A stretch of DNA of 64,000 nucleotides from Kudoa neothunni (taxonomy: Eukaryota; Animalia; Cnidaria). The notes beneath the pieces are model-generated. The model did not search any database, was not told where the DNA came from, and saw only the letters and a program-made list of their open reading frames with translations. Of the stretch, positions 30,082-43,559 are shown one piece after another. The translations under genes were made by a program, and so were the position numbers. Each line of letters begins with the position of its first letter. The stretch's first letter is position 1. The DNA lies in NCBI GenBank assembly GCA_964304625.1, contig OZ199840.1, positions 2,592,787 through 2,656,786 of the forward strand. The letters are read 5' to 3'.

Positions 30082-30833
30082 TAAGCGCGAAGAACGAAGC
30101 CCAGGGCCAGAAATAGTTCAATATAATAGATTCTAAAATGTCATGTTTGTATACGATCAGTGTGTGAGTATGAGTTTCTGGGATTAAATAATTCGATTGC
30201 GATTGCGTACATATCGTTTAGGATTAAAGTTCCCGTGCTAATAGCATCTGCCTTAACTATTAGCCATTGTTTGTTGTTTACACCATCTAAATTATTGCAT
30301 TCACGAAATTTTGAGGATTATTATTTGTAATGAATAAAACTATATTAGTTATCTTATCGAAAATAATATCTTCTAATCATCCACTAAATCAGGGGGTCAC
30401 AACCGGGGGTAAATTAAATGACATCAATATTAGATAGGAGCGATTTGTGCATAATGGGGTTTGTGTCACTTAAGGATTTCTAAGGAATTATATTGTCTTT
30501 TTAGATATGTATTTACCAACTTTTTATAAGACTATAACCCATCTCGTTTTTATACAGCTCGTTTATTTTTTAGTGATGTAGCCTAATAATAATGCTTAAA
30601 GTGGCTATTTGCATGGTAAATAACATTAAGGCGTCATTAGTTTTGACTACTTTAAATTATATCTAGTCCCTAAGCGCAAAGAAATGGGTCAAAAATAGTT
30701 GAATTTAGAAAAATCTAAAAAATTAAGTCTGTCGACAAATTGTGAGTAAGAGTTTCTGGGATGAAAAATTGTCATAACAGGCGTACGTGTCTTTTACGAT
30801 TAGAATTTTCCGTGCAAATAACCCCTGCCTTAG
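30082..30833 (+). repeat. Two diverged direct copies of a ~170-bp unit (30082-30256 and 30671-30833)
   Basis: Shared blocks in the same order: taagcgc.aagaa, aaatagtt, tgtgagta.gagtttctgggat, gcgtac, ttt..gatta, ccgtgc.aata.c..ctgcctta.c. Confidence 0.7.
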
Positions 30834-30855
30834 CTTAATCTATTATATCCACTTA

Positions 30856-32029
30856 TCTACCATATATAAAAGCTGAAGTGTCCGTGAGTGTGTCAGCAAG
30901 TACGCAATCGCTTCAAAAATGTTTTCCTTATAGAGACATTTATGAAATTTTTTAAAAATCACAATGTTTCAAAAAATCTTTAAATCGTTTTCACACTACC
31001 AAATGTTCCCAGAAGTATTTAGAAAATGGTGTTTTTGTCGATTCAAAGTTCGTTTATCGGATTACTTGAACTTGAGTTCAACAATAGGAATAACACCTGC
31101 TTATTACCTGCAGATGGTCGGTTGAAATTAGCATTCTCCCTTATATGCTCTATTAAACGTCAATTAAGCGATATCATCTATCATTATGTATAAGGTTGAT
31201 GTTTCTATTTGGATGTTTGTACAAGTACACTCATCATTTGTGGAGTTTTAACGAATATGATTTGATAAGTATATTTTAAAAGTTATATTCATGGTTTAAA
31301 ATATGAGAAAAAGTCTATGTTTGCATCATTAATAGCGATTTGGTAATGAATTCTAAAATCAGATAGGTTGAAGCTCTATGAACAAGTAGTACCATGTCCG
31401 TAGATTTTCTTGAACTCACCCGCCGAGTTTAACTTTCTGTGATTAAATTCAATGCAGATGGTTGTAATCTTACTTCATCTTATTATATGAATTATTTATA
31501 TTGATATTGATTCGATTCGATTCGATTCGATTCGAAACTGTTTGTGAGAAATTATGCACTAATGTTCATGCCGGGACAAGGGATAATAATTTGAGCATTA
31601 AAAATCAATTATCGTAAATTTTCTTCTATTTCTATTTTTTACCTCCCAGAAAAGAATGACGAAAACTTTCTGAGTTGGGCCAGAATCGGTTTTGAAAAAT
31701 CCACGGGCCAAAAAATAACATTTTAGACACACTTTAGGATAATTTAAATAATATGGGAATGTTTAAAAAAATGATTCGGACCTCACATTATTTAGCGTTG
31801 GTGTCGAGTCATGAAATTTTTAAATGAACGTTGGGATCGATACGTTTCTTCACAGAAATGATCATAATTTATATTTCGTCAATCCAAATCGTTAATGTGT
31901 GATGCTTAAAATTTTTTAATTATTCTTCTTCAATGAGTTAATTCACGACTTTGATTTATTTTGTGAATGATATTAAGAAGCGTATCTATGCGAAATCTTC
32001 CCCAAGCAACGTTGGGCAGTTCGCGCTAG
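30856..32029 (+). mobile_element. Non-autonomous Helitron, copy 1
   Basis: 5' A|TCTACCATATATAAAAG, 3' GC-rich hairpin region (cccaagcaacgttgggc) followed by CTAG|T. Colinear with the reverse complement of 55169-56463. Internal (TTCGA)n microsatellite at about 31508-31535. Confidence 0.85.
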
Positions 32030-32134
32030 TATTATTATATAAGAATAATTGTTTTTATTATATCATTACGACACAATATTGAAAAATATTCATTAACTGT
32101 GAAATAGGATGAAGCATTTTGTATGGAATCTGAT

Positions 32135-33264
32135 GCAGAGGTCAGGAATAATTGATTGTTGTTGGTAAAAATCAATTATTTCTCTTGTAATCAATTAATT
32201 TTATTTGTACTCTGTCACAGTCAATAGTTGCAATTAATTGCAATTATTAAAATTTTCCTAGAGGTATATTTTCTTATTAATTGTTAATATTAACAATCAA
32301 AATCAAATCTAAATCAATATTTTAAAGTTATTTTAACCAGTGAACTACATATGTAATACATGTAAGTTCTACATTAAAAATACTCAAACCCAAATGACTA
32401 CAAATAATTGAAGCTAGATTCTTATTTACCAAATCTGTCATCTTTTAATATTTAAAATTGAAATAAAAATTGTTATCAACTATAGTTTCATTATAATCAT
32501 TATGTTCTTAATAAAATTAGAAATATTTTATGAATCCTAAAATTAAATTAATAAAATAACGCAAAGCGCTAGATTGAATAAAAACCTTATTAGTACCAAT
32601 TACTTTAACGGAAACGCTTGAAATAAACGATTAATCGTTTTTATTATGTACAATATTAAATGATCAAGGTTATAACTGATCTCGTCTTACATTATCGTCT
32701 ATTGTAGAAAAATTAAATATAAAATCGAGATAAAAAACGTGGGAAAATAACAAATGATTTTGTAATACAATCGTAATATAATAATAAAGATAAAGGAAAA
32801 CAAAAATACTTCAAATGTGTGAATTTAAGGAGATGATTTAAATTATTGTTTCACAAATCTAGTCTTTGATTAAGAATATTTTGTCGATATTGACTTTATA
32901 AATGTGAAAAAAGGATGTTTAAGGTTCTTAAAGTTGCATCAATTGCTGAATGACTCATGAAAATTCGTATTTAATTAGTTACTTAGGAAGAACAAAAATT
33001 TGTTAGAGATTTTTAGTTAAAATGTTAATTGGAATCGAAGTTGGTCAATATTTAGATTACATTGAAAAATTTCTTTATATATTGGAAGACTTTTAAGAAT
33101 TAGTCGTTTTCATTACTCAAAATTTTGTCATGTAAATCTGGCATTAGATACAAAGCGTTATCTGAACCAAATAAAATATAACAAGCAAAACATATTTACT
33201 CTATGATTAAGAGAAAAATCGTTTCTTCATAAAATATCGTTTAGAGAGTTAAAACAAATGGATG
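32135..33264 (-). repeat. ~1.1-kb dispersed repeat, copy B (inverted relative to 8288-9395)
   Basis: Direct reverse-complement match to 8288-9395. Confidence 0.9.
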
Positions 33265-33439
33265 TAGATCACAATTTAACCAATCATGAAAATCGGAAAA
33301 TTATAAATTATTAAAGACGTGATGCTGCAACATTTATAACACATGAATGGGTTCAAAGATAAAAACAATTATAATAATGAAGAATTTTCATTATAATATA
33401 TTAAAATTATTATAATTGCAATTAACTTCAATCAATTTT

Positions 33440-33840
33440 GGTCCAATTAATTATTTCCAACCCCTGATCTGATGGAGCATCCTTCACAGAGATGTAGGGT
33501 GATTTTATGGCATATGGCACATCTCAGTCTTTTTCCAGATTTATCAGTTGTTATTAAGGGCTGTGGGCACATATTAGATTTAATAACTTGAGAAAATTTG
33601 GATTTTTTCATGATAGTTTTATCAAATGTGACATGATTGCTCTGGTTGCTCTAAAATATCAATAGGTTTGTCTGCTAAGGAATTATAAATTTTCCAAGAG
33701 TTAACAACACACATGTTTTTGTTGTATTTACGTATTATTTGAGGCATGTCAAGAATTATATTTTTATTATCCTTTTTGGAGTATCTTTTTTTGGATACTA
33801 ATGGACAACATGAAATGAAAATCTGGAAGAAAATCAAATT
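33440..33840 (-). mobile_element. piggyBac (PGBD3-like) C-terminal remnant
   Basis: KRYSKKDNKNIILDMPQIIRKYNKNMCVVN (cf. P.II..YNK.MGGVD) and the Cys-rich KRLRCAICHKITLHLCEGC. Confidence 0.75.
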
Positions 33841-34109
33841 CCGGGTCTGGAAATTATTTAAGAGAGCAAACAGAAGATAGGCGAAAACATCTCAGTTAAT
33901 CAAGAGAATTATTCAGTTTTAATATCCTGATATATTGAAATCTTTTAAAGTCATATCATCATTTTCTATTGAACAAATATGTCAAATATTCGTAGTGAAT
34001 TTTTCATAGCGAATATATCAATTTGCGGGATAATCAAAGTAAAAATTATAAATTCTACAAAATATAAAATATAAAAATGCTTTATTTAATAAAGATTAAA
34101 AAATTTTTC

Positions 34110-34759
34110 TCAGTTCATAATAGAAGCAACAATTGACTCGAATTTCCTAAATAATAAAACCATTAAAGAACGAGCAATGTAGGAGACCACACAAACAAAA
34201 ACTTTAACAATAAATTACTTTGAATTTATTTCTGAACCAATTGTGTAAAAGGGATTTGAGATAGTGTTCACATAGGATGAATGAAGCATCGAAAACATCT
34301 TCAAATTATATTAATACGATGACCGCACTATTGAACCTGAACCTGTTTGATCTCGATTTCTCGAATTTCCACTCTCAACTTGTCAACCACAATAATAAAT
34401 TTCGTGTTGGTAGGAGTGATATAACCATATCTAGTAATATGATTCAAAACAAACCACAACAACTATGATAAATGACATTTTATAGTAGGCATGTGGAAGA
34501 AGTGAACCTAGATAGAGCTCACGAACCTCATCAGATTCTATTTGAACTTTTATATGATGAGGGCAATCAAAAAAAGACCAACCTCTTTTCTCGGAAATTA
34601 TATCCAAGCACATATACGCAAGATAATATAAATTTAAATTTCCATTGCTCTCTTCGGAAGATTTCATAAAAATTGGTTGGTCCTTAAATATTTTAATTTT
34701 TCTTTGTGCCGATTAAAGTTACATACATTCTCATTAACAATAACCACACAATCAGCCAT
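34110..34759 (-). CDS. TRAPPC2L: Trafficking protein particle complex subunit 2-like (sedlin family), 6 exons
   Basis: The spliced translation [108 protein letters not shown] matches TRAPPC2L motifs (RELYLG, YGY..N.KF..VVD, NPFY). Confidence 0.93.
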
Positions 34760-37700
34760 AGGATTCGTTAAACCCGAGAAATAGGTGAATTTTGCGCTTG
34801 CGTGTTATCTAATCCATCGCTAACTATCCAAAAATTTAATATTTTTTAATTTTTCTTTACACCGATCAATTAATCAATTAATTGATAAAGTGAAACTTAT
34901 CACTTTTATTATTGGATTTTTTATAATTTGACATTGAAAATTAATGCTTTCCACATTTAATCTGAACAAATTACGCGTGTGCCCATTTAGGGTGTCAGTC
35001 GTACACCACGAAAAATCGACCTTAATAATGTTTAAATCCTCTAAAATCGAATCAATTATAATAAGTCAATTAATAATATCAAATAAAGCTTAATTACTCT
35101 AAATGTTTTAATTTTTTACTAATTTGTAAAAAGACATTACTGGACTGGCTAGACAAAGTATAACTATGTGAACAGACAACAAATCTTACAATCTTATGGT
35201 TTCCATTTTTGTTTTTATCAATGATTTCATGATTTAAATTTAGTGATAAACCTTACACATATTAGCGAATAAAAATACAATTGTGTAAGGATACTACGCA
35301 CTTTTTCGGGACGAAGACTCGAATGCATAATAACCCTGTACTACTTAACCCTCCCTGCCACGGGTTGGGGTGGGGTATTTGCCATACCCCAAAAGAAACA
35401 TTTTTCGTTTTACTCAATGCACGATAATTTTTTCGCAGTAGAATTTTAAGAATGCTCATATAAACTTATAACGCTTCCATTTAAACAAAAAAATTGTATT
35501 TGAAATTTTATAAATTAAAAATTGTACACTTCTAACAATCGAGAGAATTATTTCTTAAATAATGTATCGCTAATTTGTATTTCTGTTTAATATATGCTTT
35601 AACATCGTTTAATAATTAAAATTCCCATATTACTAACTGGAAAAGGCATGTTTTACTAACCTGGCGACTTGCGCGCATTCCCAATTTGTATAAATTTTTC
35701 ATTTGTTGAGGTGATTTCTTGTCTTGAATTAATGAAAAAATTTTTAAAAAATAAAGGAAGCCGTTGAGATCTCATTTAATATAGGCCCACTAATTCTTTA
35801 GTGCATGATGAGGATTATTTGGTTTATTACACCGTCATGTATGAGATTAGACGGCAAATTTTGATTCCCTCCAGATGGAGAGCAAATAAGATTTTTTGAA
35901 ACCACTTCTGACGAAAAAAAATTGTAAAAAACGCTAAAAGTGGATGAACCACAGGCTCCACAATTGCCATAAAGTTCATCCTATAGTTGTTGCAATTATT
36001 ATCGTCTATTTAACCCAAATTCATTTTTAAATAGATATAGATTCCTTAATTTAAACCAACTCGATTTCCGCAATTAGCTATAATACTCACGCACAAGTGT
36101 ATCCAAACCAGGCGGGAGACTTAATCCAACTATACCGATAAAATAAGAAGGGCGAGCAACAATGATTGCTAATAATTATGTATTCATATGTTTCTACCAT
36201 ACTTATTGATTCATATTGTTTGAATCATTTTTTGATTGAAAAATAGAGGAATCTGTCGGTTGTACCCACTTGTAGCTGAACTTTATTGTATTTGCAATAT
36301 TGTCGTTTTATTTATTACAGAGGCTAAAACAATTTTCAATGTTAACGTCTATTTATATATATATTCATGGTAGATTAAATTATGCAGACTACGCGTAATT
36401 TTTTGACGCAGTACGGGAAGGGCTAATATCCATGCTTTAGCGCCTGCACTAGAGGGGAAAATTTGTTGGATGTACGACCACTTTTTCTGCTCTTCTAAAT
36501 TATTCTCTCGTTGCACTAATAATGTTAATAAAGGGATGTGAAAAATTTTCGTAATAGTTTTTTGATTGTTAACAGGATATTTTGAAAATAAATAAAGTAG
36601 TTTAATACAGAATTATTTATTCAACAAGAAATTTGGTATTTCTCTTGTTTTAAACGAATTTTATTTTTCAAAAGGAAAAATTTAACTTTGTAATGTGATT
36701 CAGCATTTAGATGACATAGACCTTGAATAATTTCTTTATTTCTTTAGACTTTTTATTTAGTTTGTTAATTTTTAGACCAACTCTCGAAGTAAACTCATCC
36801 AACTGTCCTTGTCCGACAGTTATAGGAATGTTCTCTTTCGAGTCATCCTTTATGCCATTGGCTAATTTATTTTCCTATTTGTTGTATTTTCGGGACAGCG
36901 TTATATTTCTCGTTCTCATAAATTCGATCCATTCATTCTTATATCGAGAAGTTTGAATTTCTTTTTCGAAGAGTTTCGCGATAAAATCTCAAATCACCTG
37001 AAATAAAGTCTCCAAATATTTTTGATTTTATTGATACAATTATATTCGATGTGGTGACTGATTTAACGCCGGAGCGCTTAATAATGGCTGTTATAGAGTC
37101 GTTCTTAGTTTCAAGTTTTCCCAATCATTTAATAATCTACACGTTTTCTTCTATTAAACGATAATTTCCCCTATTTTCTTACTGCGTACTAACCATATCA
37201 ATGTAACCAAACAACAGATTTCAGATGAGTAATAACCATGAAGTGCGCAATAAGCATACACTCCTATTTTCCCCGCTTCAAAAATTATTTCTTAACTTTA
37301 TAATTATATTTATCGGCAGTAGCGGCTCATTTATGGAACTGTGGAGCTGCAGCACCCTTGGTCACCTCGGTATTTATATAATCCTTTTCCATATGTGCAT
37401 ATCCGCTAGCACAGATGCCTAAATAATTTTTCCGTGATAGACTGAATTTGTTAAAATATCTATTGCATCATTGGTGGAGTCAAAATTATTATGCACCATT
37501 CGAACTATAAAACACGATTTTTTATCTATTATAATAAGATTTATAAGATTGCATTATTTGATTCTTCAAAATAATAGATATAATAAATAATTCTCTGCAG
37601 AAATATTCGAATCACTTCAAATTTTAACTTGCATAGTCCATAGTAATATTGAAACTTGCCAATGTTGTAGCAAGCGAAGGGCGTTTATATTTCTAACGAT

Positions 37701-38129
37701 TTTCCCCACCCAAATCGCTGTACTTTGTAAAAAATATTGCATGATATTCTCTTCGTGTTAGAGGACAGAGTACAAAAGAGTATTGTATTGTAACTTGTAA
37801 ACTTATGAAAAATAATCCATATTTACTTCAATTTAATTAGTGTGTACTCCTGTTTATGTCCGAGAAAGATAATTACGATTTTTTATTAGGTAAATGCTCT
37901 ATACTCTTGTTAAAAGAATTTTATATTTACTTTATTCATTTATTTTAAGTATACTCTACATTTAAAAACGTGTTGATAATTCACAAAACATCGATGCGCA
38001 AAGCTGAACCATTATTGTTACTGTATTGATATAATTAAATCTATGGCGTCCTTTAAATTAAATTATTTGTATAAACATTCCAATTTCATAATTATTATGT
38101 TTAATATTAACAAACATTCCTTTCTTCTT

Positions 38130-38277
38130 GAGAAAACACAAAAGTACTTCAACGGAACCGCGGCGTCACACAGTTCCACCAATGGAGCATTTCATGATAG
38201 CGAGCATATGTGTGCCATGGAGCCACGTAGATACAATCTACGGTGTGGCGGTACTGTGCCAGCTGACGTAAGTTATG
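38130..38277. ncRNA. Candidate structured RNA (four-way junction), function unknown
   Basis: GC-rich island with nested complementary segments (pairings listed in findings). It could instead be a coding exon ending at GTAAGT. Confidence 0.3.
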
Positions 38278-38478
38278 ATTTAATCTATAGAACGTAGGTA
38301 TATATCCCCGTTTTAGTGTCATTCTTAAGACTACAATTGGTTTGAATATACGACACTATTTCTGTTTATAATGTATGTTATAAATCCATTTTTCATTAAT
38401 TATTTTAATAGTAGAATGCAACATACTTAAAGTAATAGTAAGAATGTTGAAATTGAATAATTAAATGGTGATTATTAA

Positions 38479-41400
38479 TCATGTGGCACCCGAAAACATC
38501 CTTTTTCACTTCCTTTCTGTCAATTTTTCACATTTCATTTTAATAAAACAAATAAACACGATATGTTTAAATTCTAATTTACGGAATAACTCCTAACTTT
38601 GAACCTAATCTCACCTTGCCCAATGTCGTCCCACGTGTAATCTCTTTTTCATGTACAAAAACTGGCGAATTTCCTTATTCTTCTCGTATTTAAACGCATT
38701 TGTTATTTAAAATCATTTACATTATTTTTTGACATGATTGTTTTTCTACAAAGTGAGTTTAAGTGCACTATATGACGATGATTCATTTTACAAGCTGAAC
38801 AAATAAATTTATTCATAGTTGAATATATGAAAAGTAAACTTATCTGTTATATATTATTTTAAATAAAAGTTTTAGTTTATATATTTTTCCGGCACATCTA
38901 TATTAAGTAGATAAAATTTTATGACTGAATTCGTGAAAAAACACAAGCACGAAAAATTTAGATATTGCTAAATTTTCAAAATTGACATTTTAATGTGTAC
39001 ACTACTTTTAAAAAAAAATTATTAAGTTTATATTTGTTATAAAATTAATAAACAAATACATAAAATATTTCTCAATAAATTTGTTGGTTTTATAGGTTTT
39101 GTGAATAAAACTGGTTTAAATAAATTATGAATCTTAATATTTTTTTGAAGTTCTCTATTTGAGTATATGCAAAAAATATAAAATGTTAAAATAAACGTTT
39201 TTTTAAATATTTTTTAATAATTGAACATGTTGAAATGTAATAGTTTGTCGAAAACACAAATATAGCATGATTCAAATGCGACAAGTAGATTGTACGGGTT
39301 TTTAATTTTTTTTTTGCCACATAATTCTTGTCTGGAAAGTTTTCGTATGAATGAATTTAATAAAAAAATGCTGCTAATATCACTTAAAATTCTATGATAA
39401 TTTCTACGAAGAATTTATTCGTTTTATAAATTTTCTAAGATTATACACTAGCATTTAGTTTTTAATCTTTGAGATCAGCAAAAACGACCACCCTCCGAAG
39501 ACTTTTAGGGTCCAAAAGACCCCGACTTCTCATTTGTTGAATTAACTTAATAAATATAGATATATCATTTTACTTAGTTTAAAAAATTTCTGTCAACTAA
39601 ATTGGAAGAAAAGAGCCGAACATTTGTGTAATTAATCCATTTTAAATTCATTGATATTATGTCAGGTTGAATCGAAGATAATCGTTACCTACAACCGTTG
39701 CTGAATAATTTAAAATTTTTTAGAAATAAAAAATTCAAGTGAATCGACTTAATGATAAATATTTTCATTAAAAATATTCAATTTAATTTTCTCAATTATT
39801 TTTCAAGAGCGTATTGTTACTCTGCTCAATGATGCCACGCGACCCCGCTTTCCCTGTACAAAATATGAGTGAAACTGATGAGTGTATAGATGAATTTCAA
39901 TTGATGGGAAATGGATTTGAAGAAGACTATATGGAATCATCTGAAACGTCCATTGAATAAGAGGGATGTGACAATACTGAAGACCCAATAATCAGTAAAA
40001 GTGGTATTATGTGGAGTTTTAGTAAATCGATAACATCCAGAATTGGTGAACCAAATACCATGAAAAAACCACCTGTCGCTACTTTGTATTGTACTCAGCA
40101 CGTTAAAAGCATGTTAGATTGCTTGTCATCTTTTTAACAAACATTTTGTGAATAAATAATCAAATATATCAATGTTTGGAAGATTTCAATTCAAAGAGTA
40201 TTGAATTTAATCATTAAATTTATTCAAATAAATTACATTTACTTTTTATTATTCTATAAATTTATTTTTTATGTGCAAGTGGAAGTTTACCATATTTATT
40301 TTGACCTTCTAAGTCACATGGAAATTTACACTCTTCAAGTAAAATTGGGGTCCAGAAGACCCTACGTTTTTATTTGATAAAATATTTCAAAAAATATAAT
40401 ATGTATTTTTAGAAGTTTTTAGAATATTTGATCGATTATATATTCAGTAATTTCATCAATAATATCATGTAATATTAGATGCACATATGCGAATGATCAA
40501 GAGATATTTTAACCACAGCGTATGTGTTACTTTTGGATCACACCTTTTCTATAAACATAACTCAAAATTCAGTCCATGTAATAAAATGAATTTTTTATTT
40601 AATATGCGCTTAAATTTTGTCAAAAACAGCAAAATCGCGACATAGGATTATTACATAAAACAGGTATCATAGCTACGCTTGAAATCTTCATTAGGAGGAT
40701 AACTACGTGTAAAAAATCCACCCGAATATGCCGTAGTTCATGAATATGGAAAACTCGCATTATTTGTTGGAATCTATGTAATGAGAATAAGTCTCGACAT
40801 ATCTTTCCTGCTTCCTCTAACCCAATATCGCTTAAACCGGTTATCGATTATCCCTGTGAATTCCCATCAATAATAAACAGCTAATGAACCCATCCAGTTC
40901 TATTTCATCTAAATTGATCCATTTATCACTAAAAATTTTCCCACCCATGTACTGGCTTTATTTTAAAATAATGTTTTACATAAGAGAATTAAATATTATT
41001 CTGAAATTATCAATAATATTGTAATAAAAATTGAGAAACACCAGGACGACTACTAATAATATTTGCAACATATGTTCTAGAATCTAGATGGCAACGGCTG
41101 GTTCATCGACCGTAACATTCTGTTCTTTTTCAATAATGAGTTAAATTGTATATTCGTATCAATATCAAATTTTCTGATGATAAATAATCATGAAAAGAAG
41201 AAAATGAATCTGAAGATTCGGTATCAGAGTAATTATTATCAAGATCACTTGAACACATCAACGAAATTAATTATGGTGCATGTGAAATGTAGATTAAGAT
41301 ATGATTTTCATGCAATAAAAAAATATTAGTCGATATAATTTTTTCAAGGTATTCCCAGGAATTTAAATCAATATTTTGGATAATTTTTTGTCTACATCTA

Positions 41401-41868
41401 ATTTTTATTCGCTCGGCTTAAGATTTTTAGAGAATGAACAATATTGAAAGTTAGGAGATTGAATGGAATTTTACGAACTGATTGTTACATACATAATACT
41501 GGGTAAATTAATTATGGTTTGGGGTTAAAAATACCCCAAAGTCCTTGGAGAGTTAATTTATACAAATTATTTATTTCTTTAATTTTGACATCAATTTTTT
41601 AACAAAGTCACGTTAAAAAATAATGTAAGTGATTTTAAGTAACAAATGTGTTAAAATATGTGGAGAATATGGAAATTCGCAAGTTTTTTGTAACCAAAAA
41701 AAGAGATTTCACGTGAGGACGACATTGCGCGATGCCGAGATGTGGTAAAAATTTGGAAGTTTTTATTTGAGATTGAATTCTCGCAATCCAGATTTATTTT
41801 ATTAAAATACATCATCAAAAAATTAATGAAAAAAGAAACGCAAACGGGTGTTTTTAGGAGTCACATGC
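38479..41868. repeat. Diverged ~260-bp inverted repeat pair (38479-38740 / 41604-41868), possibly long TIRs of an old element
   Basis: catgtggcacccgaaaacatcc..caatgtcgtcccacgtgtaatctctttt..aaaaactggcgaatttcc..catttgtta..aaaatcatttacattattttt matches the reverse complement of 41604-41868. Confidence 0.75.
39491..41551. mobile_element. piggyBac-derived composite: two converging transposase 5' fragments between related termini
   Basis: Ends CCCTCCGAAGACTTT and AAAGTCCTTGGAGAG|TTAA with GGGGT-N-ACCCC subterminal palindromes. Plus-strand N-terminal fragment at 39860-40170 (SETDECIDE..SKSGIMWS). Minus-strand fragment at 40750-40950 (KWINLDEIELDGFISCLLLMGI). Confidence 0.7.
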
Positions 41869-43559
41869 TTTTTTAATTAACTGACCAAACATTACTTTTT
41901 GATTTTTCAAACCTTTTTAATTGATATTAAATATATATAAAATCAACGAAATTTTTTACGTGAGTTGCATATTGGTGTGGAGTTCAGACCCAATCAGTAA
42001 CTAGACAAAAATTAATACTCAGTAATACTAAATCAACCTGTAGAAGTTTCCAATAGATTTTTTTGTTTTTATTGCATTTAATGCTTATAAATGGTTCTAA
42101 ATAAATAAAAAAATTTAGTTTAACCGAAATTTCAGCAAACACAATCCGAAACAACTTTTTCCTGGAATTTTCGGATAAAAATGCCTTGAAATCTGGATTA
42201 GTGCCTGGTTAAAATGACACCTACATTTATTTTTTTGTTACATATGTTCGACACTTCTTCAATTTAAGTTTATATTCGATGAGTAGAAACAATGTAACGT
42301 AGACAATGTAGTATTTATGTTCAAATTGCAACCATGTTGATAATAAACAGATAAATGTTGGGCGGACAAATTCGCTTATATCTTTTCATGAGTAATATAA
42401 TACACGAAAATGATATTTATTGGATTGTTTAATCAAAAACTAGCAGTGACTTCATAAGAAAAATTAATCCATGGAATCGACCCAATTCACCAATGTTCGC
42501 ACATCTGTTTTCCCCACAACACCACCACTTTTAAGTCTTATTGAGTCGTAACAATCATTAATCAATATCAGATTGTTGGAATATGGCATATCTTAATAAA
42601 AGAGGAAATTCTAAATATCGTTAAGGGGAATTCTGGGAAAATACTCCCCATTGTTACTTTATTATTCTTACCATCATTATTAACATAGCTCACAGTATCC
42701 ATATATAGAATAAATTATAAAAAATTTAATAATAATAATAATAATAGTTTATTTTTTATAATCTAGAATGTATCATTCAAATATGGCGCGGTGGTGTTAA
42801 GTCGCACACATCGGTAATGTGTGTGCCGACTACGTTGGATCTAGAACTAATGTAACTTAAACTAATGTTTTCACATTTATTCACTAGTATAACTTGTATA
42901 TACAATAGTTAACTGATTTTCGCACTTATAAGGCGCGTGCAACAGGGGAAATTTAGTTTGGCCCTACAAATTTATACAACGATATTATTCTACCCTAATT
43001 TTATTTAAATTATATTATTAAGTAATATATTACATTCATTTTACAGTACAATTAGGGGCCCTTATGAACCAATCTAAATTATAGGATGTGCAACTTGAAC
43101 TCCAAGAAAAAAAGAATTCTCGTCAATACGTTTGCACTAATTATTATTAATATGGCTAAATCTGTTAAAATTAGAATTATTACATTATTATAATTCTCGG
43201 ATTTTTCTTGACTTAGAATATCTTCAACAAATACAGGAGATGACATGATAAAATAGCCAGTAAATGTTTGTAAATGGGATTTGTATCCATGCGGAAGTTC
43301 GAATTATCGTGAAGCAATATGTACGTTGATCAAAGATAACAAAATTTGATTATTAGAAAACAGGGATAAGAGTGTTTTACTGATTTAATATTTCACAAAT
43401 ATAATAACAAAAGGGAGTTATAACAATTCCTTAAAAAATATAACCATTCTGAAATGTTTATTGTAAGTTTTCCAAAAGTGGAAAAAATCGGTTAACTACT
43501 TTAGTAGAATATTCTTTAAAAATATAAAACAAACATTGAATAATGAAAAATAAAGTACG

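Noticed and set aside
39874-39900. CTGATGA (hammerhead ribozyme core), here and at other sites such as 5085, 12349 and 54034
   Set aside because: No flanking stems with a GAAA partner were found, and these hits lie in coding or transposase-derived sequence.
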